Positions 41,672 to 54,142 of a stretch of DNA of 64,000 bases are shown one piece after another. Numbering within the stretch: position 1 is the stretch's first letter; every line of letters starts with the position of its first letter. Made by a program: the position numbers and the translations under genes. The notes beneath the pieces are model-generated. The model saw nothing but the letters and a program-made list of their open reading frames with translations. It was not told where the DNA came from and did no database searches. The stretch comes from Methanoregula sp. (GTDB lineage: Archaea; Halobacteriota; Methanomicrobia; Methanomicrobiales; Methanospirillaceae), in contig JBDKTL010000007.1 in assembly GCA_039698055.1 (NCBI GenBank), positions 32,001-96,000 on the forward strand, written 5' to 3'.

Positions 41672-42825
41672 GTGGTGTACCTCCCGTTGATCTCAACGTA
41701 CTTTTCTGTCAGGTCGCAGCCCCATGCAGTTGCCTCGGCCTCCCCGGCTGCGAGGTCCAGATCGAAGATAACTTTTTTCCCGTGCATGGCCTCTTTTGCC
41801 TTTTTGAGGTCGGCAATAATCTCCCCGGATTTCACAAGGAGATACCGGTGGGTTCCATCGCCGATCCACAGGGAGCAGGCGTTTGGATCGAACTTTACGC
41901 CCGCACGCCCGGCTGCTGCCACGACCCGCCCCCAGTTGGGATCTTCACCATATACCGCAGTTTTCACAAGCGGTGATTCAATAATTGTCCGTGCGACTTT
42001 AGCCGCTGCATCTTCTTTTGGCGCACCGCGAACCGTCATCTCGATCAGTTTCGTCGCACCTTCCCCGTCCATCGCTATCTGGATGGCAAGGTTTTTACAG
42101 CATTCCTCAAGCGCCGCGGAAAATTCATCGGGGTTGACTCTGCCAGCCTCACCGGTTGCCGTACAGAGCGCAATATCATTGGTGCTGGTATCGCCATCAA
42201 CGACAACCCGGTTAAATGAACGCTTTGTGGCCTGCTTCAGCGCGGCGGCAAGCGGTTTTGCCGCTATCTCTGCGTCCGTGTAGACGAACGCAAGCATGGT
42301 TCCCATGTTTGGTGCGATCATACCGCTTCCCTTTGCAATACCCCCGATACTGAATGTTTCCCGCTGCACCAGCGCGTGTTTGGGAAACGTATCGGTCGTC
42401 ATAATTGCTTTGGCGGTGAGTGCTTCAGTTTCTGCGGTGTGCCCGAGTTTTAAAGCGGTAGCGGCACACTGGCGGCGGATAAGCGGAAGATCGACAAAGC
42501 GTCCGATCACTCCGGTGCTTGCCACACCGACATGGGATGCCTCCACACCCAGCGCAGAACCGGCAAATTCTGTCATGGCAACAGCATCGTCATACCCTTT
42601 TTTCCCGGTATAGGCATTTGCACACCCGCTGTTTGCAATGACGGCATCGAGCGCTCCTTTTTTTATCTGCTTTCGCATCAGCTCAATGGGTGCCGCTCGT
42701 GCAAGATTTTCAGTAAATACACCAGCAGCTGTCCCGCTTGCCCGTATAAGGGCCAGCCCAAATTTTCCTTCCTTCACACCGTAGGCTGTTACACCCGGTA
42801 TGGCACAGATGCTTTTCATCTTCAT
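41668..42825 (-). CDS. argJ: Ornithine acetyltransferase
   Basis: [33 protein letters not shown]. Confidence 0.96.
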   Translation of the reverse strand: MKMKSICAIPGVTAYGVKEGKFGLALIRASGTAAGVFTENLARAAPIELMRKQIKKGALDAVIANSGCANAYTGKKGYDDAVAMTEFAGSALGVEASHVGVASTGVIGRFVDLPLIRRQCAATALKLGHTAETEALTAKAIMTTDTFPKHALVQRETFSIGGIAKGSGMIAPNMGTMLAFVYTDAEIAAKPLAAALKQATKRSFNRVVVDGDTSTNDIALCTATGEAGRVNPDEFSAALEECCKNLAIQIAMDGEGATKLIEMTVRGAPKEDAAAKVARTIIESPLVKTAVYGEDPNWGRVVAAAGRAGVKFDPNACSLWIGDGTHRYLLVKSGEIIADLKKAKEAMHGKKVIFDLDLAAGEAEATAWGCDLTEKYVEINGRYTT

Positions 42826-43319
42826 GTGTTCATTCCTTCGTTAGCCTTTGTGTAGGATGATCCCAGTGCCTGAATAATATCTGCCCTGGTAAGAATTCCC
42901 ACGAGTTGTTTTCCCCTCACAACAGGGAGCCGGGTAATACCCTCTTTGAGCATCAGCGCCGCTGCTGCCTCGATATCCATATCCTCTGTTACTGTGATCA
43001 CACGGTGCGTCATCACTTTCTTTACCGGTGTATCCCCAATATTGCGCAGGGCATGTTTGGTTTTTTCCCAGTTGACATATTCCCGGATCGGGACCTCGAT
43101 AATCTCCAGCGGTGAAGGGAGCCAGAGATCATCAGATATCCGTTCTGTCTGGAGCTGCGCGATGACATCTGATTCCGTGAGAATCCCTGCAAGTTCATCA
43201 CCGTCCATCACCGGAAGCCCTCCGATATGGTGCAGCCGCAGCAGTCCGACTGCTTCACGGAGGGGTGTATTGAGTGTGCATGTGATTGGGGTTTTTGTCA
43301 TGGTTTCAAAAACAAGCAT
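42822..43319 (-). CDS. CBS-domain pair protein
   Basis: Two CBS repeats (GLPV..GILT, RLPV..GILT). Confidence 0.9.
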   Translation of the reverse strand: MLVFETMTKTPITCTLNTPLREAVGLLRLHHIGGLPVMDGDELAGILTESDVIAQLQTERISDDLWLPSPLEIIEVPIREYVNWEKTKHALRNIGDTPVKKVMTHRVITVTEDMDIEAAAALMLKEGITRLPVVRGKQLVGILTRADIIQALGSSYTKANEGMNT

Positions 43320-43329
43320 ATCTGATCAC

Positions 43330-44316
43330 CTATGGTAGTATACCGGCAGCCATAAGACCGTCGGTTTCCTTAAACCCGCACATCAGGTTCATGTTCTGGA
43401 TCGCCTGCCCACTCGCACCTTTCACGAGATTATCAATTGCAGATATCGCAACAACCCGTAATCCTTCGCTTTCAACCATTATGTCGCAGAAGTTACTGCC
43501 GCGTACGGCAGAGAGCATGGGTTTCTGGTACCGGACAAAATATTCATTTTTGTAATAATCTTTGTACAGTTTTTCAACCTCTTTTGTGTCCATCGGCTCA
43601 TTGAGCAGGATATGGGCGGTAGTCAGGATGCCCCGGTTTACGGGTACGAGATGGGGTGTGAAGTAACATCGTGCGGTTGAGCCTAATCCTGCAAGTTCCT
43701 GTTTCATCTCCGCAAGATGCCGGTGGGAGGTCAGTTTGTAGGCTCCGACATTGTCACCGACATTGGGGTAGTGGGTTGTCGCTGAAGGGTTGTCACCGGC
43801 ACCACTCACACCTGTTTTTGAGTCGTAAATAACGGTATGGGCATATTTTGCAAGCGGAGCTGCAGCAAGCGTTGCGCCGGTGGGGAAACAGCCGGGATTT
43901 GCCACAAATTTCGCATTTATGCATTCTTTGCGGTGGATCTCAGGGATACCATACGGTGCTTTGAAATAATCAGTATGGGTGACACCGTATGTTTTTTCAT
44001 AAATATCCTTTGGCAACCGGTAATCTGCGCTTAAATCGACGACTTTGATCCCCCGGGACAGAAGTGCGCCGGCATAGGTCATTGCAGCAGTATGCGGGAC
44101 GGCAAGAAATGCAACGTCTGCATCGATCGAATCCGTCTGCGGGTTCTCAAACATGAGATTTGTGAACCCTTTCAGATGAGGATGGATCTGATCAAGCGGT
44201 GTGCCTGCCAGTTTGCGTGACGTGGCAGTGACCACCTCCGCAGAAGAGTGCTGGTACAGGAGGCGGATCAGCTCCCCACCGGCATACCCGGACGCTCCGA
44301 TAATCGCAACTTTCAT
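43330..44316 (-). CDS. argC: N-acetyl-gamma-glutamyl-phosphate reductase
   Basis: [30 protein letters not shown]. Confidence 0.96.
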   Translation of the reverse strand: MKVAIIGASGYAGGELIRLLYQHSSAEVVTATSRKLAGTPLDQIHPHLKGFTNLMFENPQTDSIDADVAFLAVPHTAAMTYAGALLSRGIKVVDLSADYRLPKDIYEKTYGVTHTDYFKAPYGIPEIHRKECINAKFVANPGCFPTGATLAAAPLAKYAHTVIYDSKTGVSGAGDNPSATTHYPNVGDNVGAYKLTSHRHLAEMKQELAGLGSTARCYFTPHLVPVNRGILTTAHILLNEPMDTKEVEKLYKDYYKNEYFVRYQKPMLSAVRGSNFCDIMVESEGLRVVAISAIDNLVKGASGQAIQNMNLMCGFKETDGLMAAGILP

Positions 44317-44452
44317 AAAAGAATATCTGGTTGCCAAAACTTAACCTTTATTGGAAGAGAAGAGGAAAATTCTGGCAAAACCAGTTTATTTTTCGTGAAA
44401 TCCGGAGTATAACAGATTCCGGGAATTGTTTTACACATGAAAAACAAGTGAT

Positions 44453-45367
44453 CTATTTCAGGTCAAGCTTTCGGTTGTAGATGCTGAACAGGCGCTGGGC
44501 AATAAGTTCAATCCTCTGCCGGTCTTCGAGACCATCAAGGAGATCGGCCGGAATTGCGCCCATACCTTTGCTCGCACCAAGGTATGCTCCGCAGAGAAAC
44601 GCGATGGTATCCGTGTTACCCCCGGTATTTGCCGCGACGGTCAGGAGATCGGCAGGCCGGGTATATCGCCGGATCAAAAAAAAGGTGATAGGAAGGGTCT
44701 GGAAAAGGGAGACATCGTTGCCTATTTTTAAAAGTGCGGTTTCTACATCCATCCCCTCTTTTTCAAGAATAAGGGCGTTATGTATTCGGCCGCCAAGCAC
44801 TTCATCTTCACATGAAGCTTTCTGCTGCGCCAGTTCAATGGGGTTTGGGCTGTCGTGCAGGGTATGATAGATCAGGGACACAAACGTCGATACTGCGGCA
44901 TGTGCAGCCGGGTGGGACTGGGTAACATTTGCGGCCCGGACTGCCCGTTCACACGCTTCATTAAGATCCGGGTAGGAAAGGGCAAACGGGATCGATACCG
45001 GCAGGCATCCGGCAGTTGTGGATTTTACCCCGCTTGGGCGGTGCACATCCTTTATGAGATGATCACACGCAACCGACACCGAGCTATCAGGGAAACGTAT
45101 GACTTCACGAAGATAAAGCTCTTTTAATGCTTCGGCATACCGCTCATCGGTATACCGTCCATCGGCAAGAAGTGTTGCAATCAGGATCATTATCTGGGTA
45201 TCATCAGTATACTGCCCGGCTTTTAACCCTTCATTTGGGTGACCCTTGTAGGCATTCCTGTACCCGTACCGCATTTTATTGATACTGGGCGTCGTACTTT
45301 CGTTTGGCATACCCAGTGCGTCCCCCACTGCAGCACCAAGCATACAACCCTTCATTTTATCCAGCAT
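44453..45367 (-). CDS. ADP-ribosylglycohydrolase family protein
   Basis: GAAVGDALG, YTDDT, GGNTDT; start uncertain. Confidence 0.85.
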   Translation of the reverse strand: MLDKMKGCMLGAAVGDALGMPNESTTPSINKMRYGYRNAYKGHPNEGLKAGQYTDDTQIMILIATLLADGRYTDERYAEALKELYLREVIRFPDSSVSVACDHLIKDVHRPSGVKSTTAGCLPVSIPFALSYPDLNEACERAVRAANVTQSHPAAHAAVSTFVSLIYHTLHDSPNPIELAQQKASCEDEVLGGRIHNALILEKEGMDVETALLKIGNDVSLFQTLPITFFLIRRYTRPADLLTVAANTGGNTDTIAFLCGAYLGASKGMGAIPADLLDGLEDRQRIELIAQRLFSIYNRKLDLK

Positions 45368-45578
45368 TAATAGAGTATTGAAATACACCGCTAGATAATT
45401 CTTCTTCTGATTTTTTGCTTTTTTTTAGAATCCGGTCGATATTGTGTATTTTTCCGCCAGAATACCACCCAGTCCAAATATCTTCTGAATTACGGGATAT
45501 GATATCCTCTGATTTATTCAACCGCCCAAATTTAATATATAGTAATGCCATGATTAATAATGTAGAATCGGGGGAGGC

Positions 45579-47477
45579 ATGACCGAAGACTTTGATGTCA
45601 GACTGGTTGAGAATGCAAAGTACTACACGCCAGGTGAGGAATACAAAAGGGATTCATGGATCGGCGATTACCAGAAAGCGTATGACCGGTTCCTTGCAGA
45701 TCCGGTTGCGTTCTGGAACGGAATTGCCCAGGATCTTGAATGGATTCAGCCGTGGGACAATGTCCGTGAATGGAATTACCCGTACGCGAAATGGTTCGTA
45801 AACGCCAAACTCAACATCACTGCCAACTGCCTTGACCGGCATGTTAAAAACGGCAGGCGCAACAAAGTTGCCCTGATCTGGCGGGGTGAAGGCGGCGCAG
45901 AGCGGGTATATACCTACCAGCGGCTGTTAAGCGAAGTGATGCGTTTTGCCAACGGCCTTAAAAAACTGGGCGTAACAAAAGGCGATGTTGTCTGTATCTA
46001 TATGCCCATGATTCCCGAGCAGATCATTGCAATGCTCGCATGCGCCCGAATTGGTGCAGTCCACAGCGTCGTATTTGCCGGATTTGGTTCCACCGCACTC
46101 AATATGCGGATCCGTGATGCAGGGGCAAAAATTGTCATCACCTCGGATATCTCCATCCGGCGGGGAAAAGCGATACCCCTTATCACCATTGTGCAGGAGG
46201 CAATCAACAACACGCCGACTGTAGAGCATGTCATTATCCACAGCAGGCGCAGGGAACCGCCGGTCAATATCCACCCGGATTTTGAGCTGGATTTCTACGA
46301 GATCATGGAGGGTATTGACCGGGAATGCCCGCCGGAAGTTATGGATGCAGAAGACCCGCTCTTTATTCTCTACACCAGCGGTTCTACCGGTACCCCCAAA
46401 GGAGTTGTCCACACGTGCGCCGGTTACATGGTGGGAACGTATTATACCTGCAAAGCAGTCTTTGACATCAAGGATGAGGATATTTACTGGTGCACTGCAG
46501 ATCCCGGCTGGATCACCGGTCACAGCTACCTTATCTATGGACCGCTGGCAGCCGGTGCCACGGTATTTGTGACAGAAATGACCGCCGATTTCCCGGATCC
46601 GGGGAGCTGGTGGAAACTGATCGAGGAGCAGCAGATCAATATCTTCTACACCGCCCCAACCGCGATCAGGATGTTCATGAAACTGGGTGATCAGTGGCCA
46701 AAAAAATATGATCTCAGTTCGCTGCGTATTATCGGATCTGTCGGGGAGCCCCTGAATCCTGAAGCGTTTGAATGGTATTACAAAGTGATCGGAATGGAGC
46801 GGTGTCCCGTAGTGGATACGTGGTGGCAGACGGAAACCGGCATGCAGATGATCACGACAATTCTCGGAGAGCGGATGCGGCCGGGGTTTGCCGGAAAAGC
46901 AATCCCGGGTGTGATAGCAGATGTTGTGAATAAAACAGGTACACCGGTTCCAACGGGAACCATGGGATTCCTTGTCATCAAAGAACCGTGGCCGTCAATG
47001 TTTCGCACGGTTTACAAAAACGATGAGCGATACCGGAATTACTGGTATACAATCAAGGACTGCTACATGGCCGGAGATCTCGCGGTTAAAGGCAACGACG
47101 GGTATATTATGGTGCTCGGGAGATCGGACGATATCATCATCGTATCCGGGCACAACATCGGAACTGCCGAAGTGGAAAGCGCTCTCGTATCCCATCATGC
47201 AGTCGCCGAATCGGCAGTGATTGGGAAACCCGATCCCCTCAAAGGCAACTCGATTAAGGCGTTCGTAATCCTGAAACTGGGGAACCAGCCAAGTGAAAAA
47301 CTCACCAAAGACCTGATCTATCATGTTCGCATGACCCTTGGCCCCATCGCAGTGCCGCATGAGATAGAGTACGTGGATAAACTTCCCAAAACAAGAAGCG
47401 GGAAGATCATGCGGCGGGTGCTTAAGGCAAAAGAGATGGGTATCGATCCCGGTGACACCTCAACGCTGGATGAATAA
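45579..47477 (+). CDS. acs: AMP-forming acetyl-CoA synthetase
   Basis: [29 protein letters not shown]. Confidence 0.96.
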   Translation: MTEDFDVRLVENAKYYTPGEEYKRDSWIGDYQKAYDRFLADPVAFWNGIAQDLEWIQPWDNVREWNYPYAKWFVNAKLNITANCLDRHVKNGRRNKVALIWRGEGGAERVYTYQRLLSEVMRFANGLKKLGVTKGDVVCIYMPMIPEQIIAMLACARIGAVHSVVFAGFGSTALNMRIRDAGAKIVITSDISIRRGKAIPLITIVQEAINNTPTVEHVIIHSRRREPPVNIHPDFELDFYEIMEGIDRECPPEVMDAEDPLFILYTSGSTGTPKGVVHTCAGYMVGTYYTCKAVFDIKDEDIYWCTADPGWITGHSYLIYGPLAAGATVFVTEMTADFPDPGSWWKLIEEQQINIFYTAPTAIRMFMKLGDQWPKKYDLSSLRIIGSVGEPLNPEAFEWYYKVIGMERCPVVDTWWQTETGMQMITTILGERMRPGFAGKAIPGVIADVVNKTGTPVPTGTMGFLVIKEPWPSMFRTVYKNDERYRNYWYTIKDCYMAGDLAVKGNDGYIMVLGRSDDIIIVSGHNIGTAEVESALVSHHAVAESAVIGKPDPLKGNSIKAFVILKLGNQPSEKLTKDLIYHVRMTLGPIAVPHEIEYVDKLPKTRSGKIMRRVLKAKEMGIDPGDTSTLDE

Positions 47478-47545
47478 TCACCATTTTCACGTTTGATGGT
47501 AGCAACTCCTGAACAAATCCCAACAAAAATCTTTTGAGGAAATAC

Positions 47546-48805
47546 ATGAGCGAAATGGTTATAGAAAAAATATTCGGCATGGAACCTGAAACCGGGCGAT
47601 GGACAATGGTCATACTCGGTATGATCATCAACCTGTGTCTTGGCGCTATTTATTCCTGGAGCGTCTTTGTCCAGCCGCTCACAGACTACTTTACCAAAAC
47701 ACTGGGCCAGCAGGTAACCGCAAGCGAGATCCTTCTTCCGTTCTCCGTCTTTCTCGCATTCTTTGCCATAGCGATGCCATTCACCGGTAAATACATAGAC
47801 CGGTTCGGACCACGAAATGTGATCATCGTCGGGGGAATCCTGACGGGGCTTGGCTGGCTGCTCGCATCTTTTGCACAGTCGGTGCCGATGCTGTACGTGA
47901 TGTATGGTGTAATCGGAGGGGTTGGCGTCGGGATTGCATATGGTGTGCCGGTGGCAGTCTCTGCCCGGTGGTTTCCTGACAAGCGAGGGCTCGCAGTCGG
48001 GCTCACGGTGCTCGGTTTCGGATTCTCTGCATTCCTGACTGCAAACATTGCGGGACTGTTTATCTCCTCGTATGGGGTGATGAACACCTTCAGGATATTT
48101 GGCATTGCATTTGTTGTTCTTACGATACTGCTCGCACTGCCTTTGAAATTCCCCCCCGTGGGCTGGGTTCCAAAAGGATGGGCTCCCCCTGCACTTAAAC
48201 CGGGCGAGCAGAGGGGTTGTGAGATGAACCGGGCGCAGATGCTTAAAACAACTTCATTCTACGGGCTCTGGTGCTGCTATTTCATCGGGTGTCTTGCCGG
48301 CCTTACGGCAATTTCTATCGCAAAACCCGTCGGAACAGAGGTTGTGCACATCGGAGCAGGACTTGCCATATTCCTTGTCGGGTTCTTTGCTATATTTAAT
48401 GGGGGCGGACGACCGGTTTTTGGTGCGTTCACGGACCGGTTTACTCCACGGAACACAGCTATCCTCTCGTTTATCCTCATCGCATTTGCTTCACTCATCA
48501 TGTGGCAAATCCCGAAAGAACCGGTGTACATCCTTGCCTTTGCACTGCTCTGGGGCTGCCTCGGGGGCTGGCTTGCAATCGCCCCAGCAACCTGTGGCAG
48601 TTATTTTGGCACCTGCGATTATCCTAGATGTTACGGAATTCTCTTCCTTGCCTATGGGGCAGGGGCCATTGCAGGGCCGCAGCTTGCAGGATTTATCAAA
48701 ACGTCAAGCGGTTCGTACCTGGGTGTGTTTCCCTGTGTGCTTGCCCTCGCCATCATCGGTATCGGTATTGCCGCATTCACCCTGAAACCACCAAGGGCAT
48801 TATAA
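47546..48805 (+). CDS. OFA-family (oxalate:formate/monocarboxylate) MFS transporter
   Basis: GAIYSWSVF, WFPDKRGLAVG, FNGGGR. Confidence 0.88.
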   Translation: MSEMVIEKIFGMEPETGRWTMVILGMIINLCLGAIYSWSVFVQPLTDYFTKTLGQQVTASEILLPFSVFLAFFAIAMPFTGKYIDRFGPRNVIIVGGILTGLGWLLASFAQSVPMLYVMYGVIGGVGVGIAYGVPVAVSARWFPDKRGLAVGLTVLGFGFSAFLTANIAGLFISSYGVMNTFRIFGIAFVVLTILLALPLKFPPVGWVPKGWAPPALKPGEQRGCEMNRAQMLKTTSFYGLWCCYFIGCLAGLTAISIAKPVGTEVVHIGAGLAIFLVGFFAIFNGGGRPVFGAFTDRFTPRNTAILSFILIAFASLIMWQIPKEPVYILAFALLWGCLGGWLAIAPATCGSYFGTCDYPRCYGILFLAYGAGAIAGPQLAGFIKTSSGSYLGVFPCVLALAIIGIGIAAFTLKPPRAL

Positions 48806-48833
48806 AAAGGATTTTTTTATTTTTTAGATTCGT

Positions 48834-49949
48834 TCATGTGATGCACATACCAGGATGGCAGATTGTCTTTCGTTGTGCAATCCGGTACCCTGATATTACC
48901 AGTATACTCTCCCCAAATGCTGCGTCAAGAATTGGATCGCCGGTATCTACATAGAGCAGCGGGGTGTCCCGCAGTTTGTGTGGTGTCGCAACAACGATGA
49001 TACCGCATACACCGACTTTTCTAAGCACCTCTGCACTAATCTGCTGGTTTCCCCTCCCAAAAACAAATCCCTGTGCACCGATAGGACTGACAATAATCCG
49101 GACGTCTTTTTCTTTTTCGATGAGATTGATAAGGCTTTTTTCATTGACATCACGGGCGACAAGCTTTCCATTTTGTATCACATCGACGCCCAGAAGAGTT
49201 TTGCCAACACCCAGACTGCGTGCGATGGCTTCCGTGGTTGTCCCGGCACCAATGATACACAGGGTATCCGGCTTGATCACTTCGCCCATGAACCTCGCAA
49301 TCTCATTCTTGGCACGCTCTTCGTCCTCCTCTTCAAAAACCTGCTTTGCGTGCTGCATTGTTCCCGGAAGTGACGGAACCCGGGCAATGCCATAAAGCCG
49401 TGTCTTTAATTCCCCGGCACGATACGCATCCTCATCGACATCCATGATCTCAGCATCCCGCAGAACGATTGATGTATCGTCCTTTACCAGCTCTGCGGCA
49501 GTTGCCGGGTTGACGGCAAACACCGCAGAATACATCTTCACTCCTGCAGGGATGCCCAGCAGGGGAACCCTTCTCTTTACTCTATCAAAAATATCACGGG
49601 CTGTGCCATCACCGCCGCAGAACAGGATCAGGTCACAGCCTTGTTCCACGATAATCTGCGCTGCCCTTTGTGTGTCCTGTGCGGAACTTTCGCCCTTGTA
49701 TTCATACACCACCCGATAATCGGTGATCCCAACCTCTTTGAGAGTATCTTCTCCCATTGCACCGGAGCAGGTTAAAAAACACAGGTCGCCGGTGTTCTTT
49801 ACGTGTTCAAGTGTAGTTTTTGCCCGCGTGGGAGATCGCGGCACGGCCCCCCGCTGGCGCGCTTTTTCTGATGCCCCATCGGTACCTTTGAGTCCGACGG
49901 ATCCTCCCATTCCGGCGATGGGATTAACGATCAGACCAACACGCTTCAT
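48834..49949 (-). CDS. ATP-NAD kinase-like (AcoX-type) protein
   Basis: NPIAGMGG..GLKGTDG, GGDGT, GRGNQQ. Confidence 0.85.
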   Translation of the reverse strand: MKRVGLIVNPIAGMGGSVGLKGTDGASEKARQRGAVPRSPTRAKTTLEHVKNTGDLCFLTCSGAMGEDTLKEVGITDYRVVYEYKGESSAQDTQRAAQIIVEQGCDLILFCGGDGTARDIFDRVKRRVPLLGIPAGVKMYSAVFAVNPATAAELVKDDTSIVLRDAEIMDVDEDAYRAGELKTRLYGIARVPSLPGTMQHAKQVFEEEDEERAKNEIARFMGEVIKPDTLCIIGAGTTTEAIARSLGVGKTLLGVDVIQNGKLVARDVNEKSLINLIEKEKDVRIIVSPIGAQGFVFGRGNQQISAEVLRKVGVCGIIVVATPHKLRDTPLLYVDTGDPILDAAFGESILVISGYRIAQRKTICHPGMCIT

Positions 49950-49960
49950 GAAAAACGGTT

Positions 49961-51319
49961 TTATGGTATTGCCGGCAGGCGGGCAAGTGCTTCCTGTACC
50001 AGTTCTGCCGGGTATTCATAGTCCACCAGTTTCCCCTGGTAGAACGCATCGTACGAGCTCATGTCGAAGTTGCCGTGGCCGGAGTTATTGAAGAGGATCG
50101 TCTTTGCTTCACCGGTCTTTTTGCAGATGAGCGCCTCATCAATCGCCGCTTTGACGGCATGGGCAGATTCCGGCGCGACAATAATTCCCTCAGTCCGGGC
50201 AAACGTCTGGGCGGCCTCAAAGACTTCATTCTGGTGGTACGCAACGGCCTCCATCACCCCTTCATGGACAAGTTTTGAGACGATCGGGGAATCACCATGG
50301 TAGCGGAGCCCTCCGGCGTGGATTGCCGCCGGGATAAAATCGTGGCCAAGCGTAAACATCTTCATCAGGGGAGTTAATCCTGCCACATCGCCGAAATCAT
50401 ACGCGTATAGCCCTTTGGTAAGGCTCGGGCAGGCAGCAGGTTCGGCACCGACAATCCGGACATCGGGATGTTTTCCGGTTATTTTGTCCCCGGCAAACGG
50501 GAACGAGATCCCGGCAAAATTAGATCCACCACCCACGCACCCGATCACGACATCCGGGTATTCCTCAACCATGGCAAGCTGCTCTTTTGCTTCGAGTCCG
50601 ATGATCGTCTGGTGGAGACAGACATGGTTCAGCACGGAGCCAAGCGAGTAATGAGTGTTGTCATGCGTCGCGGCATCCTCTACCGCTTCAGAGATCGCAA
50701 TGCCGAGGCTGCCGGGAGTATCCGGGTCTTTTTCGAGCATCGCTCTCCCGGATTGTGTTCGTGCCGTCGGGCTCGGGAGGCACTCCGCCCCGTATACCTG
50801 CATCATAATCTTCCGGTACGGTTTCTGTTCGTAACTCGACCTGACCATGTATACCGTGCAGTCAAGATCAAAAATTTTCGTGGCAAATGAGAGCGCCGAG
50901 CCCCATTGGCCGGCCCCGGTTTCTGTGGCAATGCGCTCAATGCCTTCTTTCATATTGTAGTATGCCTGTGGCACAGAGGTATTTGTCTTGTGGCTGCCGG
51001 AAGGACTGCCCCCTTCCCACTTGTAGTAAATCTTTGCCGGGGTCTTTAAGAATTTCTCCAGCCTGTGCGCCCGGAACAGCGGGCTTGGCCGGAACAGCCG
51101 CAGGATATCCCTCACGTCCTCTGGTATGTCGATATACCGGTCACGGGAAACCTCCTGTTTGATCAACTCCAAGGGAAAGATAGGGGCGAGATCCGCAGGC
51201 ACCACCGGTTTTTTTGTCTGTGGGTGAAGCGGGGGATCGAGAGGTGTCGCCAAATCTGCCTGGATGTTATACCATTTTTTTGGCATCTGCACCTCATCGA
51301 GGAGAATTTTTGTTTGCAT
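49961..51319 (-). CDS. trpB2: Tryptophan synthase beta, TrpB2 type
   Basis: [37 protein letters not shown]; ATG at 51319. Confidence 0.95.
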   Translation of the reverse strand: MQTKILLDEVQMPKKWYNIQADLATPLDPPLHPQTKKPVVPADLAPIFPLELIKQEVSRDRYIDIPEDVRDILRLFRPSPLFRAHRLEKFLKTPAKIYYKWEGGSPSGSHKTNTSVPQAYYNMKEGIERIATETGAGQWGSALSFATKIFDLDCTVYMVRSSYEQKPYRKIMMQVYGAECLPSPTARTQSGRAMLEKDPDTPGSLGIAISEAVEDAATHDNTHYSLGSVLNHVCLHQTIIGLEAKEQLAMVEEYPDVVIGCVGGGSNFAGISFPFAGDKITGKHPDVRIVGAEPAACPSLTKGLYAYDFGDVAGLTPLMKMFTLGHDFIPAAIHAGGLRYHGDSPIVSKLVHEGVMEAVAYHQNEVFEAAQTFARTEGIIVAPESAHAVKAAIDEALICKKTGEAKTILFNNSGHGNFDMSSYDAFYQGKLVDYEYPAELVQEALARLPAIP

Positions 51320-51390
51320 ATACAACCATTGGTGTGTATAAATATATACATTATGGAACAATTTTGTGTAATAATGGTATAAAATATACA
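51319..51390. promoter_or_regulatory. TRP-box-like operator dyads upstream of trpB2
   Basis: TGTATA-n4-TATACA (51335-51350), GGTATA-n3-TATACA (51376-51390) and TATACA at 51319-51324; one-mismatch variants of the TrpY box TGTACA (GGTATA has two mismatches). Confidence 0.5.
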
Positions 51391-51626
51391 TTTTAATGAA
51401 AGCACTACGTTTGCCGGATTCTGCAAGTACTGGTAAAGACCGCCCAAGAAGAATGCAGGCAGGAAATATGCCCGTCATCCATGAAATAACCAAAGAAAAT
51501 TGTGGTTCATTGTGTGTTTTTATGGAATTTTCACTCAAAAACATATTATGAACGTATTGATAAAACATATTGAGTTTTAAAAATCAAAATGCCGATTGAG
51601 ATCAATATCTTATGTGAGGATATAGG

Positions 51627-52295
51627 ATGGACAATTCGATTCTGGATATTCTGATAAACCCTGATTCATTCTTTGGGAAACGTGTAGCCGATAAGGAGAA
51701 CCTGAAAACACCCGCACTCATCGTACTTGCCGGGGCAATCATCGGAGCGATATACGGGTATATGGTCAGCGGGCTGACCGGTCGTATGCTTGCAGGACTC
51801 ATGCCCGGCATGGAGACCATCATTATAATCGCAACAATTGCCGGTGCTTTGATTGGATCTTTTCTGTTCTGGGCTATCTGGGCAGGAGTGTTCTATGTCA
51901 TCTCCAAGGCCTTCAAAGGAACCGGCACGTATAAACGATCTCTTGAAGTTGTTGGTTACGGTTTCCTGCCACAAATCATTGGTTCGCTTATAACACTGAT
52001 CGTTTCGCTCCAGTACATCCCGAAGGTCGTTGTGCCCCAACTAACATCCGCAGCCCTTCAGGATCCTACGGCAATAACAGAAGCCACAAAGGCCCTGATG
52101 CACGATCCCGCCATGATGGAACTGACCCAGATTGCTTCTGTCATCGCGATCGTGTTTCTTCTCTGGAGCGCGAACTGCTGGATTTTTGGAATGAAACACG
52201 CCCGTACGCTCTCCATGCGGGATGCCGCCATTTGTGTCGGCGCACCGGTGTTTGTGTACGTGCTCTACATCGTATATTCGATGGCTGGAGTCTGA
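51627..52295 (+). CDS. Yip1-domain membrane protein
   Basis: LINPDSFF, about five TMs, GYGFLP. Confidence 0.85.
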   Translation: MDNSILDILINPDSFFGKRVADKENLKTPALIVLAGAIIGAIYGYMVSGLTGRMLAGLMPGMETIIIIATIAGALIGSFLFWAIWAGVFYVISKAFKGTGTYKRSLEVVGYGFLPQIIGSLITLIVSLQYIPKVVVPQLTSAALQDPTAITEATKALMHDPAMMELTQIASVIAIVFLLWSANCWIFGMKHARTLSMRDAAICVGAPVFVYVLYIVYSMAGV

Positions 52296-53456
52296 ATGAA
52301 GACTATACTCTTGATTAGTCTGGTCACCATCTGCCTGCTGGCAGGGATGGGAGCTGTCAGCGCATATACCACCCCCGAATCAATCGTTGCCTCCGGGAAA
52401 GTGTATGTGTCAGGTATAACCTATGACCCTGCGGCATTTTTTTCCGGCGATACCGGCACGGTTGCATTTGACGTAACCAACGGCAATACCGACCAGGGCA
52501 TTGTCATCAATCATGCGACATTCGCCGATCAACTCTCAGATTTCAAGTTGTTGAGCGGTACCTACGATTACTCCGCAACGGTTGGCCCGGGAAAAACACA
52601 GACGTTTACGTTCAATATCAAAGCCGATGCATCCGACGGAACGTATTATCCCATGTTCTCCATAAGTTTCCGGGATGCGGATAGCCTGTGGGAAAAAACC
52701 ATGGTAAAAATCGACAACACGCCCCTCATCCTGACCGTTATCGATAAACCCGACGCGTTCACGGAAGGGCGCAAGAAAACCATTACGGTCCAGGTGGCAA
52801 ACCCAAGGAACAATGACGTGAAAAATGTTATCCTTGAAGCAACCGGTCCCGGCATCACCGCCACACCATCAAAGTATTTCATCGGGAATATGGCTTCGGG
52901 CGGCAACCAGTCCATCGATGTTGCAATTACACCGGACCGGGCATCCACCCTGACCCTTTCGCTCCAGTACAACAACGGCGACAACCTCCACACCGTCACC
53001 ACGGACCTGCCCCTGAACTTTGGTACCGATAAAAAAGAGGCTAACCCGATTGTCAGCAATATCATCGTGAAAACCGAAAACGGACTCTATCATGTTACGG
53101 GGGATGTGACAAATGCCGGCCTGGAAACTGCCAACTCGGTTACGGTCACTTCCCTTGACCCGGCTGTCCCGCAGGACCCCTACCGGAATTATGTTGTCGG
53201 GGCTCTCAAACCGGATGATTTCGGCAGCTTTGAAGTGACATTCTCTGCGACAAATGCAACAAAAGTCCCGCTCCAGATGTCATTTAAAGACGCCGACGGC
53301 AACCTCATTTCCTCCGTATATGACGTAAAAATACCGTCACTGTCAGCAACTTCCCAGAACAGCGGTCTCCCGATCGTCCCCATCATTGCAGTAATAATCA
53401 TCCTTGCTGTCTTTGTCGGGGGCTGGTTCTGGTACCTGCACAGGAAAAAACAGTGA
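52296..53456 (+). CDS. COG1361 S-layer-like/Ig-fold surface protein
   Basis: Signal peptide, beta-rich repeats, GALKPDDFGSFEVTF, C-terminal TM with basic tail. Confidence 0.75.
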   Translation: MKTILLISLVTICLLAGMGAVSAYTTPESIVASGKVYVSGITYDPAAFFSGDTGTVAFDVTNGNTDQGIVINHATFADQLSDFKLLSGTYDYSATVGPGKTQTFTFNIKADASDGTYYPMFSISFRDADSLWEKTMVKIDNTPLILTVIDKPDAFTEGRKKTITVQVANPRNNDVKNVILEATGPGITATPSKYFIGNMASGGNQSIDVAITPDRASTLTLSLQYNNGDNLHTVTTDLPLNFGTDKKEANPIVSNIIVKTENGLYHVTGDVTNAGLETANSVTVTSLDPAVPQDPYRNYVVGALKPDDFGSFEVTFSATNATKVPLQMSFKDADGNLISSVYDVKIPSLSATSQNSGLPIVPIIAVIIILAVFVGGWFWYLHRKKQ

Positions 53457-54142
53457 CCGGTACCATGGACGATACTCCCGTGATGGTGTTCTCGAACGTC
53501 ATCAAAGTTTATCCTCTCCCTGCCGGGGATGTCATCGCACTCAATAATGTGTCATTCCAGGTGAACCGGGGAGAGTTCATCTCCATCATGGGGCCATCGG
53601 GTTCGGGAAAATCCACGCTCCTGAACCTGATGGGGTGCCTGGACACCCAGACCTCGGGCGATATCCTCATAAGCGGGGAACAAATCCGGAATATGTCCGA
53701 TGAGGAATTGACCAATCTCCGCCGGGACCGGATCGGTTTTATCTTCCAGTACTTCAACCTCTTCCCGCTGTTAAACATCATCGAGAACGTGACATTTCCC
53801 ATGATGCTCAAATCACAAAAGATGGTGGACCCGGAAAAAGGGCGTGCCGTACTCCGCGCAGTCCAACTGGAAGAGAATCTTTTCACCCATACCCCCATGG
53901 AGCTCTCCGGCGGGCAACAGCAGCGAGTTGCCATCGCCCGCGCGCTCGTGAACGATCCTGATATTCTTCTCTGCGATGAACCCACAGGAAACCTCGACTC
54001 AAAAACAGGAGCCGGCATCATGGACCTGATGACCGAATTAAACCAGAAAGGAACGACAATCATCATGGTCACTCATGATCCCCATATTGCCGAGTACTCA
54101 CGGCGTACAATCCGGATCGCGGATGGGAGGATCGTGGAATGA
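53453..54142 (+). CDS. ABC ATPase (LolD/MacB type)
   Basis: [29 protein letters not shown]. Confidence 0.95.
   Translation: MTGTMDDTPVMVFSNVIKVYPLPAGDVIALNNVSFQVNRGEFISIMGPSGSGKSTLLNLMGCLDTQTSGDILISGEQIRNMSDEELTNLRRDRIGFIFQYFNLFPLLNIIENVTFPMMLKSQKMVDPEKGRAVLRAVQLEENLFTHTPMELSGGQQQRVAIARALVNDPDILLCDEPTGNLDSKTGAGIMDLMTELNQKGTTIIMVTHDPHIAEYSRRTIRIADGRIVE

Noticed and set aside
40973-42283. 436-aa plus-strand ORF and many other long antisense or alternate-frame ORFs
   Set aside because: They shadow well-supported genes (here argB and argJ) and have no recognisable motifs.
51320-51568. 83-codon N-terminal extension of trpB2 in the ORF track
   Set aside because: AT-rich promoter sequence; family similarity starts at MQTKILL.
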